This document shows, piece after piece, positions 39,684-47,957 of a DNA stretch of 64,000 nt; within the stretch, counting starts at the first letter, position 1; each line of letters starts with the position of its first letter. The DNA is from Sphingomonadales bacterium (lineage in GTDB: Bacteria; Pseudomonadota; Alphaproteobacteria; Sphingomonadales; Sphingomonadaceae), in the NCBI GenBank assembly GCA_043741135.1, contig JAYUAU010000098.1:17368-81367 (forward strand), written 5' to 3'. The position numbers were made by a program, and so were the translations under genes. Under the pieces are notes generated by a model. That model saw nothing but the letters and a program-made list of their open reading frames with translations, was not told where the DNA came from and did no database searches.

Positions 39684-40234
39684 CGGCGATCATTGATCCT
39701 AAAATACGCACCGCACTGTTAGCGCTGTTGATGGCAGTGTTTATGACGGGGCTTGGTTATGCTGCGGTGCCGCTTTACCGGATGTTCTGCCAAGTCACTG
39801 GGTTTGCCGGCACGACGCGCAATGCCAGCGGGCAGGTGGCCCCGGGTGCGGTTACTGGCAAAACAATTTCAGTTCGGTTTGATGCCAATCATGTCAATGA
39901 ATTGCCTTGGAGCTTTAAACCCGAAGCGACGACAGCCACTGTCACTATAGGCGAACGACAAATTGCCTTTTTTGTCGCGAAGAATTTTTCGGATAAGCCG
40001 ATAACGGGTGCTGCCAGTTATAATGTTTCGCCCTCATCGGCTGGCTCCTATTTTGCTAAAATCCAGTGCTTTTGTTTCACGCAACAAACGTTGCAACCGG
40101 GCCAAGAAGTGCGGATGCCCGTCGTCTATTACGTCGATCCCAAGATCCTCGACGATGAAGACGGCAAACATATCTCTGAAATTACGCTCAGCTACACATT
40201 CTATCCTGTAGACGATTCGAAAAAGCCAAGCTAA
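39680..40234 (+). CDS. ctaG: cytochrome c oxidase assembly protein CtaG/Cox11
   Basis: AAVPLYRMFCQVTGFAGT, and FAKIQCFCFTQQTL as the Cu-binding CFCF motif. Confidence 0.9.
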   Translation: MTAIIDPKIRTALLALLMAVFMTGLGYAAVPLYRMFCQVTGFAGTTRNASGQVAPGAVTGKTISVRFDANHVNELPWSFKPEATTATVTIGERQIAFFVAKNFSDKPITGAASYNVSPSSAGSYFAKIQCFCFTQQTLQPGQEVRMPVVYYVDPKILDDEDGKHISEITLSYTFYPVDDSKKPS

Positions 40235-40271
40235 CCACTCGCTGACCAAGGCGATTAGAAAGAGTTCCATC

Positions 40272-41141
40272 ATGTCCGGCGCAAAAAATCACGATTATCA
40301 TATTTTGCCGCCTGATATCTGGCCACTCGTCGGCGCGCTATCGGCGGGAACGATGTTTGGTGGGCTCGTGATGTGGATGCATAAGCTTCCTGCGGGCACT
40401 TATGTTGGTTTGCTTGGCCTCGCTGGTGTGATCCTGACATTTTACAGCTGGTGGGCCAATGTTGTGCGTGAGGCCCATGCGGGTGATCATACGCCCGTTG
40501 TTCAGCTTCATTTGCGCTATGGGATGATCCTGTTCATTGCTTCCGAAGTGATGTTTTTCGTGGGCTGGTTTTGGGCGTGGTTTGATTATTCGCTATTTCC
40601 CAAACCGCTCACGATTGATGAAGCGGGTGCGGTTACCAATTTGATCGGTCAAGCCGGTGCCGCCGCTGTCACGATGTGGCCGCCAAAGGGGCTTGAGGTT
40701 ATCGATCCTTTTGCGTTTCCGCTGCTCAACACTTTGATCCTGCTCTGTTCAGGCACCACAGTAACATGGGCGCACCATGCGCTGATCCACGGTGACCGTG
40801 ACGGATTAAAGAAGGGTCTGCTGGCAACGATCTTGCTCGGCGCTCTGTTTACCAGCATTCAAATATATGAATATGTTCATGCGCCGTTCGCTTTTGCGGG
40901 AACGAATTACGGTGCTGCCTTCTACATGGCCACCGGCTTTCACGGTTTTCACGTTTTTATCGGTACGATCTTTCTGATCGTTTGCCTAGTCCGCGCCAAT
41001 AAGGGTCACTTTACGCCGCGCCAGCATTTCGGTTTCGAAGCCGCTGCTTGGTATTGGCATTTTGTTGACGTTGTGTGGCTATTCCTCTTCATCGTCGTCT
41101 ATGTGTGGGGCGGTTGGGGCGCGCCAATTCACGGCGGCTGA
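40272..41141 (+). CDS. ctaE: cytochrome c oxidase subunit III
   Basis: HDYHILPPDIWP, MILFIASEVMFF, FYMATGFHGFHVFIGT, AAAWYWHFVDVVWLFLF. Confidence 0.9.
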   Translation: MSGAKNHDYHILPPDIWPLVGALSAGTMFGGLVMWMHKLPAGTYVGLLGLAGVILTFYSWWANVVREAHAGDHTPVVQLHLRYGMILFIASEVMFFVGWFWAWFDYSLFPKPLTIDEAGAVTNLIGQAGAAAVTMWPPKGLEVIDPFAFPLLNTLILLCSGTTVTWAHHALIHGDRDGLKKGLLATILLGALFTSIQIYEYVHAPFAFAGTNYGAAFYMATGFHGFHVFIGTIFLIVCLVRANKGHFTPRQHFGFEAAAWYWHFVDVVWLFLFIVVYVWGGWGAPIHGG

Positions 41142-41647
41142 TGACGTCCACTTGGCATCTGGCACAGATCAATGTCGGGCGGCTGATTGCGCCGCCCACC
41201 GATCCCGCCGTTGCAGAATTTGTAAATGCGCTGGGTGCGATCAATGCGATTGCCGATGTTAGCCCCGGTTTTGTCTGGCGGATGCAAAGTGATAGCGGCA
41301 ACGCGCTTGATATCGCGCTTGGTGATGATCCTCAGCTCGCGGCAAACATGTCAGTCTGGGAAGATGCTGACGCGCTGTTTGCCTATGTTTACCGCAGCGC
41401 GCACACGCCGTTCATGGCACAGCGCAAATCTTGGTTTGAACGCTTTGAGGGCGCTAATCAGGCTTTGTGGTGGATTCCAGCGGGAACGATCCCCACGCTC
41501 GATGAAGGCCTTGCGCGGTTGTGGCGGCTTGACCGGTTTGGTTCCAGCCAGCACGCCTTTACCTTCAAATCGCGCTATCCTGCGCCGGGAACGGATGCAC
41601 CTATCGTCGATATGAAGCCTGATCCTTGGTGCATGGGGCGTGCATAG
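41141..41647 (+). CDS. DUF3291 domain protein
   Basis: Start at MTSTWHLAQINVGRL, overlapping the ctaE stop by 1 nt (TGATG). GFVWRMQSDSGNA..., SVWEDADALFAYVY and FTFKSRYP resemble DUF3291. Confidence 0.65.
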   Translation: MTSTWHLAQINVGRLIAPPTDPAVAEFVNALGAINAIADVSPGFVWRMQSDSGNALDIALGDDPQLAANMSVWEDADALFAYVYRSAHTPFMAQRKSWFERFEGANQALWWIPAGTIPTLDEGLARLWRLDRFGSSQHAFTFKSRYPAPGTDAPIVDMKPDPWCMGRA

Positions 41648-41681
41648 CGCGCCGGAACAACCGTGCTAGACTTGCTTCATT

Positions 41682-41762
41682 CGTCTTTGCGAGCGAAGCG
41701 CGGCAATCCAGACAGTGTTGCCGCGAGTGGATTGCCGCGTCGCCGTGCTCCTCGCAAAGACG
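41682..41762. repeat. 81-bp nested-palindrome intergenic repeat, copy D
   Basis: CGTCTTTGCGAGCGAAGCGCGGCAATCCAGACAGTGTTGCCGCGAGTGGATTGCCGCGTCGCCGTGCTCCTCGCAAAGACG. Confidence 0.85.
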
Positions 41763-41829
41763 AAGTGCATTTTACAAAACGCAAGCCAGCTTTAGTGCGT
41801 AACCGCGCGCGCGAAGGGCGGCTCGTCGA

Positions 41830-42444
41830 ATGAAAGGCTTCCCCTGGGTATCGGGCATCATCGTAACGATGGCAGTTGCCGCAATGGTTGCGCTTGGCAT
41901 CTGGCAATTGGGGCGAGCTGACGAAAAATCGGCATTGCTTGCGCAATTTTCAAAAGCGGCGCGTTTCCCCCCCATGGCCTATCCTGCGATTGCAACCGAC
42001 AGCAATCTATGGTTTCGCCGTGCGACTGGCTTTTGTCTTGAACCCGTCTCAACGGTGATTGAGTCGGGCCGCAATGTGAAGGGCCAAACCGGGTGGCGAC
42101 ATTTGGCCGCGTGTCGCACTGGCGCCGAAGGGCCAGGCATGATCGTCGACATCGGATGGTCAAAGGATTTCAAATTCAAACCAGTGTGGCGCGGCGGCGA
42201 AGTGTCTGGCGTTATCGCGTCGCAACCCGACCACCGCAGCTTGATCGGGAAAGCTTTTGGCCAGGGCAGCGCGCCCGCGCTCATGCTTGTTGCCGCCACG
42301 CCCGCGACAGGCCTATTGCCAAGCGCGCCGCCGTCGCTCGAAGATGTGCCTAACAATCATTTTGCTTATGCGGTTCAATGGTTCATTTTTGCGGCATTGG
42401 CTGCGTTGATTTATGTGATTGCGCTGACACGGCGGCGCATTTGA
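41830..42444 (+). CDS. SURF1 family cytochrome oxidase biogenesis protein
   Basis: N-terminal TM followed by LGIWQLGRADEK. C-terminal NNHFAYAVQWFIFAALAALIYV. Confidence 0.85.
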   Translation: MKGFPWVSGIIVTMAVAAMVALGIWQLGRADEKSALLAQFSKAARFPPMAYPAIATDSNLWFRRATGFCLEPVSTVIESGRNVKGQTGWRHLAACRTGAEGPGMIVDIGWSKDFKFKPVWRGGEVSGVIASQPDHRSLIGKAFGQGSAPALMLVAATPATGLLPSAPPSLEDVPNNHFAYAVQWFIFAALAALIYVIALTRRRI

Positions 42445-42515
42445 CCCTAGCCAATTTAACGCCTCATCCTCTGACCTTGCGTCGCAACGGGACCGCGTTT
42501 AAGCGGTAACCGATT

Positions 42516-43919
42516 ATGGAATATGTCAGCACTAGGGGGCGCGTTGCGGCGCTTGATTTCGAAGGCACAACGCTTGCGGGGCTTGCCAGTGATGGGGGGC
42601 TCTATGTGCCCGCGCTTTGGCCCACGCTGTCAGCGGCTGAAATCGAAAGCCTGCGCGGCCTGACATATTCACAAACCGCCGCGCGGATCATGCGCCCCTT
42701 TGTCGAAGGTTCGCTGACGACCGAGGAACTCCAATCGCTTTGTGATGAGGCGTATAGCAGCTTTGCGCACGCTGCGGTCACGCCGCTCACGCAACTCGAT
42801 CATCAGCACTGGTTGCTTGAGCTGTTCCACGGGCCAACGCTCGCGTTTAAGGATGTCGCACTTCAGCTTGTCGGTTTGCTCTTTGAAAAGTTCCTTGGCG
42901 GCCGCGATACGCATCTCACGGTGATCGGGGCAACATCGGGCGATACGGGCTCAGCTGCAATTGATGCGCTTGCGGGGCGTGAGAAGGTTGACGTGTTCAT
43001 GCTCCATCCGCTGGGCCGCGTCTCAGACGTCCAGCGGCGTCAGATGACGACGGTGCTTGCCCCCAATGTGCATAACATCGCGATTGAGGGCAGCTTTGAT
43101 GATGCCCAAGCGATTGTGAAAGCGATGTTTGCTGATCCTGATATGTCGAGCCGCTTCACGCTCTCAGCGGTGAATTCGATTAACTGGGCGCGGCTGATGG
43201 CGCAGATCGTCTATTATTTTTATGCAGGTGTCAGGCTAGGCGCGCCTGACCGAAAAATCGCATTTTCAGTTCCCACGGGTAATTTCGGGGATGTCTTTGC
43301 GGGCTATGTTGCCGCACAAATGGGGTTACCGATAGAACGGTTGATCGTCGCGACCAATGTCAACGATATCCTCCACCGCGCGATGACCAGCGGCGATTAT
43401 AGCCAAGGCAGCGTCACCCAAACCGCAACGCCTTCGATGGATATCCAAGTCAGTTCAAACTTTGAGAGGCTGCTCTTTGACCTATCGGGCAAGGATGGGG
43501 CTGCGATTGCGAGCATGATGGCGGGATTTGAAACGACCAAGGCGATGACAATCCCAGCGGACATGCTGAGCAGGGCAAAGCCGCTTTTTTCTAGCGCGCG
43601 GATCGATGGCGACGGGATGGCGCTCGCGATGCGCTGGGCGAGCGAAAAGGCTGGCCAAGTGATAGATCCGCACACCGCGATTGGCTTGGCCGCAGCACGC
43701 GCGGCAGACCTTCCTGCCGATGTTCCAATTGTCACGCTCGCAACCGCACATCCCGCAAAATTCCGTGATGCGGTTGAACGCGCTATTGGCAGCCGTCCGG
43801 TGCTGCCACAGCGCCTCAGCGGCCTTATGGATAGGCAAGAGCGCTTTGACACGCTCCCCGCGACATTAGAGGCGGTTAGCGCCTATGTCGCAACACGCGC
43901 GGTGCCAAAAGCGATATGA
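42516..43919 (+). CDS. thrC: threonine synthase
   Basis: 467 aa. YVSTRG, LELFHGPTLAFKDVALQ (PLP-Lys), ATSGDTGSAA. Confidence 0.9.
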   Translation: MEYVSTRGRVAALDFEGTTLAGLASDGGLYVPALWPTLSAAEIESLRGLTYSQTAARIMRPFVEGSLTTEELQSLCDEAYSSFAHAAVTPLTQLDHQHWLLELFHGPTLAFKDVALQLVGLLFEKFLGGRDTHLTVIGATSGDTGSAAIDALAGREKVDVFMLHPLGRVSDVQRRQMTTVLAPNVHNIAIEGSFDDAQAIVKAMFADPDMSSRFTLSAVNSINWARLMAQIVYYFYAGVRLGAPDRKIAFSVPTGNFGDVFAGYVAAQMGLPIERLIVATNVNDILHRAMTSGDYSQGSVTQTATPSMDIQVSSNFERLLFDLSGKDGAAIASMMAGFETTKAMTIPADMLSRAKPLFSSARIDGDGMALAMRWASEKAGQVIDPHTAIGLAAARAADLPADVPIVTLATAHPAKFRDAVERAIGSRPVLPQRLSGLMDRQERFDTLPATLEAVSAYVATRAVPKAI

Positions 43920-44818
43920 GCCTCATCACGCTGATTGGCGAACCGTGGGACGATTACGGCCTGATCGATTGCGGACACGGGCGCAAGCTGGAGCGCTACG
44001 GCAAATATCGCTTCATCCGCCCCGAGGCACAGGCGCTCTGGGCACCCGCATCAGACGATTGGCAAGCCGACGGCGAATTCATTCCCGGATCAGACGAAGA
44101 CGGCGGCGGCCGGTGGGAGTTTAGCAGAGATGTGCCGCGTGACGGCTGGCCGCTTGACTGGGAAGGTGTGACGTTTCAAGCGCAAACTACCCCCTTCCGC
44201 CATCTTGGCTTTTTTCCCGATATGGCGCCTGTCTGGACGTGGATGGGCAGCAAGCTTGGCGGGCGCGACAATCCGAGCGCGATGAACTTGTTCGGCTATA
44301 CTGGCGTTGGTAGCCTTGCGCTTAGCGAGGCGGGGGCCACGGTCACGCATGTTGATGCCTCGAAAAAATCGGTCGAGGCGGCAAAACTCAACGCCGCGCT
44401 TTCAGGAATGAACGATCGCCCGATCCGCTGGATGATCGACGATGCGGCTAAATTCGCCGCGCGCGAGGTGAGGCGCGGCAAGCGGTATGACGGCATCATC
44501 CTTGATCCGCCAAAGTTTGGGCGCGGGCCAGATGGCGAAGTGTGGCGGCTTGAGGAACACCTGCCACCGCTGATCGCGGATTGTCGCAAATTGCTTGATG
44601 GCGATTCAGCATTTCTGTTTTTGACGGTCTATGCTGTCCGCATGTCAGCGCTCGCTATTGGTGAATTGGTGAGGCAACACTTTGCTGATCTGGGCGGCAA
44701 CATCGAATGCGGCGAACTCGGCGTGCGCGAAGAAGCACGCGGGCTTATCCTCCCCACCGCAATTTTTGCGCGCTGGTCACGGCACCGCGACCATTACCCG
44801 AAAATAGGTGTCGGTTAG
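43916..44818 (+). CDS. class I SAM-dependent (rRNA large-subunit RlmI/RlmK-like) methyltransferase
   Basis: NLFGYTGVGSLALSEAGATVTHVDASKKSVE, YDGIILDPPKFGRG. ATGA overlap with thrC. Confidence 0.75.
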   Translation: MSLITLIGEPWDDYGLIDCGHGRKLERYGKYRFIRPEAQALWAPASDDWQADGEFIPGSDEDGGGRWEFSRDVPRDGWPLDWEGVTFQAQTTPFRHLGFFPDMAPVWTWMGSKLGGRDNPSAMNLFGYTGVGSLALSEAGATVTHVDASKKSVEAAKLNAALSGMNDRPIRWMIDDAAKFAAREVRRGKRYDGIILDPPKFGRGPDGEVWRLEEHLPPLIADCRKLLDGDSAFLFLTVYAVRMSALAIGELVRQHFADLGGNIECGELGVREEARGLILPTAIFARWSRHRDHYPKIGVG

Positions 44819-44937
44819 GCGGTAATTGACAGTGTTCCAGCTGTAGCCTTTTGAATTCTTAACTGCCGCTACGCCTGCGGCAAAGCGTTGATCTGCGTGA
44901 TACCAAAGCTCAATGAGTCCAACCTATCTCCGTTTAT

Positions 44938-45035
44938 CCTGTCTCCCGGCGGGCCGATGTCGAAGGACTGCCCTTTCTTATTCTAAACCGTTGGAAAAAG
45001 GACAACCCTTCGACATCGACCCGTCGGGAGACAGG
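44938..45035. repeat. long inverted repeat / hairpin (29-bp arms, 40-nt spacer)
   Basis: Left arm CCTGTCTCCCGGCGGGCCGATGTCGAAGG (44938-44966). Right arm CCTTCGACATCGACCCGTCGGGAGACAGG (45007-45035). 27 of 29 positions are complementary, and imperfect pairing continues outward and into the spacer. Confidence 0.8.
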
Positions 45036-45165
45036 GATGCGGTTGGGAGAAATAGGTCAAGCTTTATGCAGGCTGGTATTAGTTGTGGACGACAGCTTTT
45101 TCTCGCCAAAGATCGCCGCACGGAGATGATGTGAAACGTCCCCAAATCCCACGCGACGTCCACAC

Positions 45166-45195
45166 GATCCCGAAATCACGCGATTTTCATTGAAG
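45166..45195 (+). repeat. direct repeat, left copy (core GCGATTTTCATTGAA)
   Basis: GATCCCGAAATCACGCGATTTTCATTGAAG. About 24/30 identity to 47681-47712, same orientation. Confidence 0.7.
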
Positions 45196-45306
45196 CAGGT
45201 GGCCTGAGCAAGCAGTGAAACGGTTTGAAATGATAATGAGCGAGATATTGCGCCCGTTGCCGCAAGCTCGTAAGGCGACGTCAATCGAAGCAATAGATTA
45301 TATGCG

Positions 45307-46224
45307 TTGGAGGGACATTTGTCTCAATTGGTTGATATTGATGTATTTAAGCGCCAAATGATTGGCGCCGCGCGGTATAAACTCTCCGACGCAAATGTTT
45401 TTTTGTCGCCCGGCGGGTTCCATTGCATCGATTATCTCGATCCCCCTGTCGTAGCGCCAAGACCATTGCGAGATGTCCCTCTATCCGAAAGCGAAATCAC
45501 ATATATTGAACGCAGTCTGCAATCCAATGACGAACGATTCTCCAGCCAGCTTGCCACTGTCAAAAAATATGTCGCGCTTTCCAAGGCTCGCTTGTTAGAT
45601 ATTGGCTGCGGCGGCGGCCTTTTCCTGACCAAAGCCAGAGAATGTGGAGCGGATCCCGTTGGTGTTGAGCTTTCCGAAACGAGGGCCAAATATGCGACGT
45701 CGCGGCATGCGCTAGAGATTGTCCAATATCCTGTCGAACATGAGGTGTGGGCCAACCGTTCTGGCGAGTTTGATGCTGTGAGCCTGTGGGACGTGATCGA
45801 ACATGTGAACTATCCTCAGCAAACACTTCACCACGCTATTCGATTGCTCAAGCCGGGCGGTTATCTGTTCATCGACACGCCGTGCCGTGATGCATTTTAC
45901 CACCGCATGGGTGCGCTCACATACCGCCTCACCGCTGGTCGATTTCCGACGTTCCTCAACACGCTTTATTCGCAGCAGCCTTTTGGACATAAGCAAATAT
46001 TTTCAACCGATGAAATGCGAGCGCTGTTTGAAGATGCTAAGCTTGAGGTCGTCGACGTGGGTAAATTCCACGAGCTCTCCTTCCCAATCCCCTTCTATCT
46101 GAAACGGATGCTCAAATCAGATTGGCTTGTGCGTATGGCGGTGCCTCTTGTGTCAATTGCGCTTTTCATATTTCCCGTCAGAAACAAAATGCTGGTGGTT
46201 GGGCGTAAACCGCTGAGTGGTTGA
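45307..46224 (+). CDS. class I SAM-dependent methyltransferase (polysaccharide-cluster type)
   Basis: LLDIGCGGGLFL (motif I), FDAVSLWDVIEHV, LLKPGGYLFIDTP. Start uncertain (TTG 45307/45319/45328 or ATG 45358). 3' end overlaps the convergent ORF by 72 nt. Confidence 0.7.
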   Translation: MEGHLSQLVDIDVFKRQMIGAARYKLSDANVFLSPGGFHCIDYLDPPVVAPRPLRDVPLSESEITYIERSLQSNDERFSSQLATVKKYVALSKARLLDIGCGGGLFLTKARECGADPVGVELSETRAKYATSRHALEIVQYPVEHEVWANRSGEFDAVSLWDVIEHVNYPQQTLHHAIRLLKPGGYLFIDTPCRDAFYHRMGALTYRLTAGRFPTFLNTLYSQQPFGHKQIFSTDEMRALFEDAKLEVVDVGKFHELSFPIPFYLKRMLKSDWLVRMAVPLVSIALFIFPVRNKMLVVGRKPLSG

Positions 46225-47490
46225 TCGAACGTCTGACATATTTGGCCTATTCAAACGGATGTTAAGCAGAAAGAGCGGGCCGAAAATGAACAGTCCATCG
46301 GAGAGAACCTGCGAAAAATAGCCGCGTGTTGGCATATACATGCCGAAAAAAATGGGCACGAGCGCGCATGTTGCGATGCGTGTTTCATAACTCAATGCCA
46401 TCGCCCAATCGATCACTTTCGTCGCAAATTTGAAGTAGAGAAAAGCGCCGATTGGTAAGCCGATCCACCCAAATTGCAGGAGCAGCTCGACATGCTGTGG
46501 CGCTGCAACGCCAGCCGCCCTGGCATCTGCTGTAAATCCCTGAAAATAATAATAGAGATAATCGGGCGTAGGCTTATCGGCCCATAAGAACGACGGAATA
46601 AATCGTGCGATTGCAACAGTCCATGGCTGAAGCAGCGCCGGATCGGGCAGTGGATTTGCCGCGACATAATTGAACGAAAATAGCGGGCCGACTTCGCCAC
46701 CAAACGAACGGAAAATATCACCAATCGACATGCCATCAAGCCGACCAACATCAAGGCCCCGCCCATAGGTTCGCGTTAAAACGATAAAATTGTTCAAAAA
46801 TAGACCGCCGGTAATCGCGAGTAATGCGCGTGCAAGGCTTATTTTATAACCGCGAATCAGCAAGAAGCTGACAGCTAATCCGAATATCGCCAGCACAATT
46901 CTGAACCGAAAACCCATCATGAACAAAGCAAATAGGCACACGGCGAAGAACGCCATCCCCCGCACATCAAATTTTCTATATATCGCATAGACAATTGAAA
47001 GCGATATCAAGGGGTGAAAAAGTAGATTGATAAAGGCGAGGCTGCCATCATAATTCTGTTCTGACGTATAAGCAGAATCCGCAAGTATATTGAGCCTCCC
47101 TAACCGCCATTGCGCAATAATTGCGACGAACACTATCGCCATGATGATGAAAAAGACTGTAAAATTGGTTCTTGGCTCATGAGCGATTGCGATAGCGGGG
47201 TCTTTCGCTAGAGTTTTAGTCGACGTAGCACAAGCGACAAGAGCACCACCCACGTAGAGCGCAACCGCAACATGTGGCCATTGCAGTGTCTCAAGATACA
47301 TCCCGAGAAACTCCTGCCCTTTTCCCTCAAAAGAAAGTGACGGCATCAGATAATAATAGATGATCGACGTTATCACGATCATCGGAGGCAAGGCCAAAGG
47401 TCCAAGTGGGGTTTTATTTTTGAAATAGAGCAAGCATCCCATCAGCAACAATAAGGTGACAATGCCGGCGGTGCTAAAAACAATCTCCAT
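46153..47490 (-). CDS. Wzy-like oligosaccharide repeat-unit polymerase / O-antigen-ligase-like polytopic membrane protein
   Basis: 445 aa, about 10-12 predicted TM helices, with one larger loop (TRTYGRGLDVGRLDGMSIGDIFRSFGG...). Architecture is typical of Wzy-type polymerases. Visibly AT-richer than its surroundings. No database confirmation. Confidence 0.6.
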   Translation of the reverse strand: MEIVFSTAGIVTLLLLMGCLLYFKNKTPLGPLALPPMIVITSIIYYYLMPSLSFEGKGQEFLGMYLETLQWPHVAVALYVGGALVACATSTKTLAKDPAIAIAHEPRTNFTVFFIIMAIVFVAIIAQWRLGRLNILADSAYTSEQNYDGSLAFINLLFHPLISLSIVYAIYRKFDVRGMAFFAVCLFALFMMGFRFRIVLAIFGLAVSFLLIRGYKISLARALLAITGGLFLNNFIVLTRTYGRGLDVGRLDGMSIGDIFRSFGGEVGPLFSFNYVAANPLPDPALLQPWTVAIARFIPSFLWADKPTPDYLYYYFQGFTADARAAGVAAPQHVELLLQFGWIGLPIGAFLYFKFATKVIDWAMALSYETRIATCALVPIFFGMYMPTRGYFSQVLSDGLFIFGPLFLLNIRLNRPNMSDVRSTTQRFTPNHQHFVSDGKYEKRN

Positions 47491-47680
47491 GCAACCCTCA
47501 TCTCATTGCTTATGCTAGGATGAGCCTAGCGCGTTGCTTTTTGCGCTGATGAACAATCATCACGCGTGGGTGCTGCCATAGTCTCCTGCCGTGCGCCGCG
47601 CCACCATAAACATCGCGCGGCGGGTGACGCGTTTCGCCGCGGTGCAGGGCGGACATCGAGCGATCCGAAAGATATCCGCA

Positions 47681-47712
47681 CAATCCCAAAGCCATGCGAT
47701 TTTCATTGAAAG
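47681..47712 (+). repeat. direct repeat, right copy (core GCGATTTTCATTGAA)
   Basis: CAATCCCAAAGCCATGCGATTTTCATTGAAAG. Followed by a G6/C6 hairpin (47712-47738). Confidence 0.7.
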
Positions 47713-47957
47713 GGGGGTGTCGCCGTATCACTCCCCCCTTGATGAAACCGGATGCTGTTCAGCCATCCACGCCTTAAATTCATCGAGCGGCCATGGTTCG
47801 GCATCGGTGCGTTTGGCATAGCTAAAGGCCATGGCATCGGCGTGCTTGTTCGACATGCCTTGACCGATACAGTGATGATAGAGGTCGATCCGGCGCAGCG
47901 GGATGCCAACGCAGCCACGGCTTCGTTCAGATATTCCTGAACAAAGTTGCGCTTCAC
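47703..47957 (-). pseudogene. small ORF translationally coupled to the DNA methyltransferase, apparently frameshifted
   Basis: GTG at 47957 overlaps the MTase stop (GTGA). That frame reads [17 protein letters not shown] and then degenerates. A second frame continues with protein-like GIPLRRIDLYHHCIGQGMSNKHADAMAFSYAKRTDAEPWPLDEFKAWMAEQHP and stops at 47728. Confidence 0.3.

Noticed and set aside
44938-45035. Long hairpin, considered as a retron msd or an IS200/IS605-type transposon end.
   Set aside because: No reverse transcriptase, TnpA/TnpB or any other mobility gene lies in or near the island. It is kept only as an unexplained structure.
45057-45293. 78-aa ORF and its counterpart at 47510-47731, considered as real genes.
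   Set aside because: There is no RBS or plausible start context, and the composition is poor. They share only a about 12-aa stretch. They are better explained as decayed fragments (see the direct-repeat finding).
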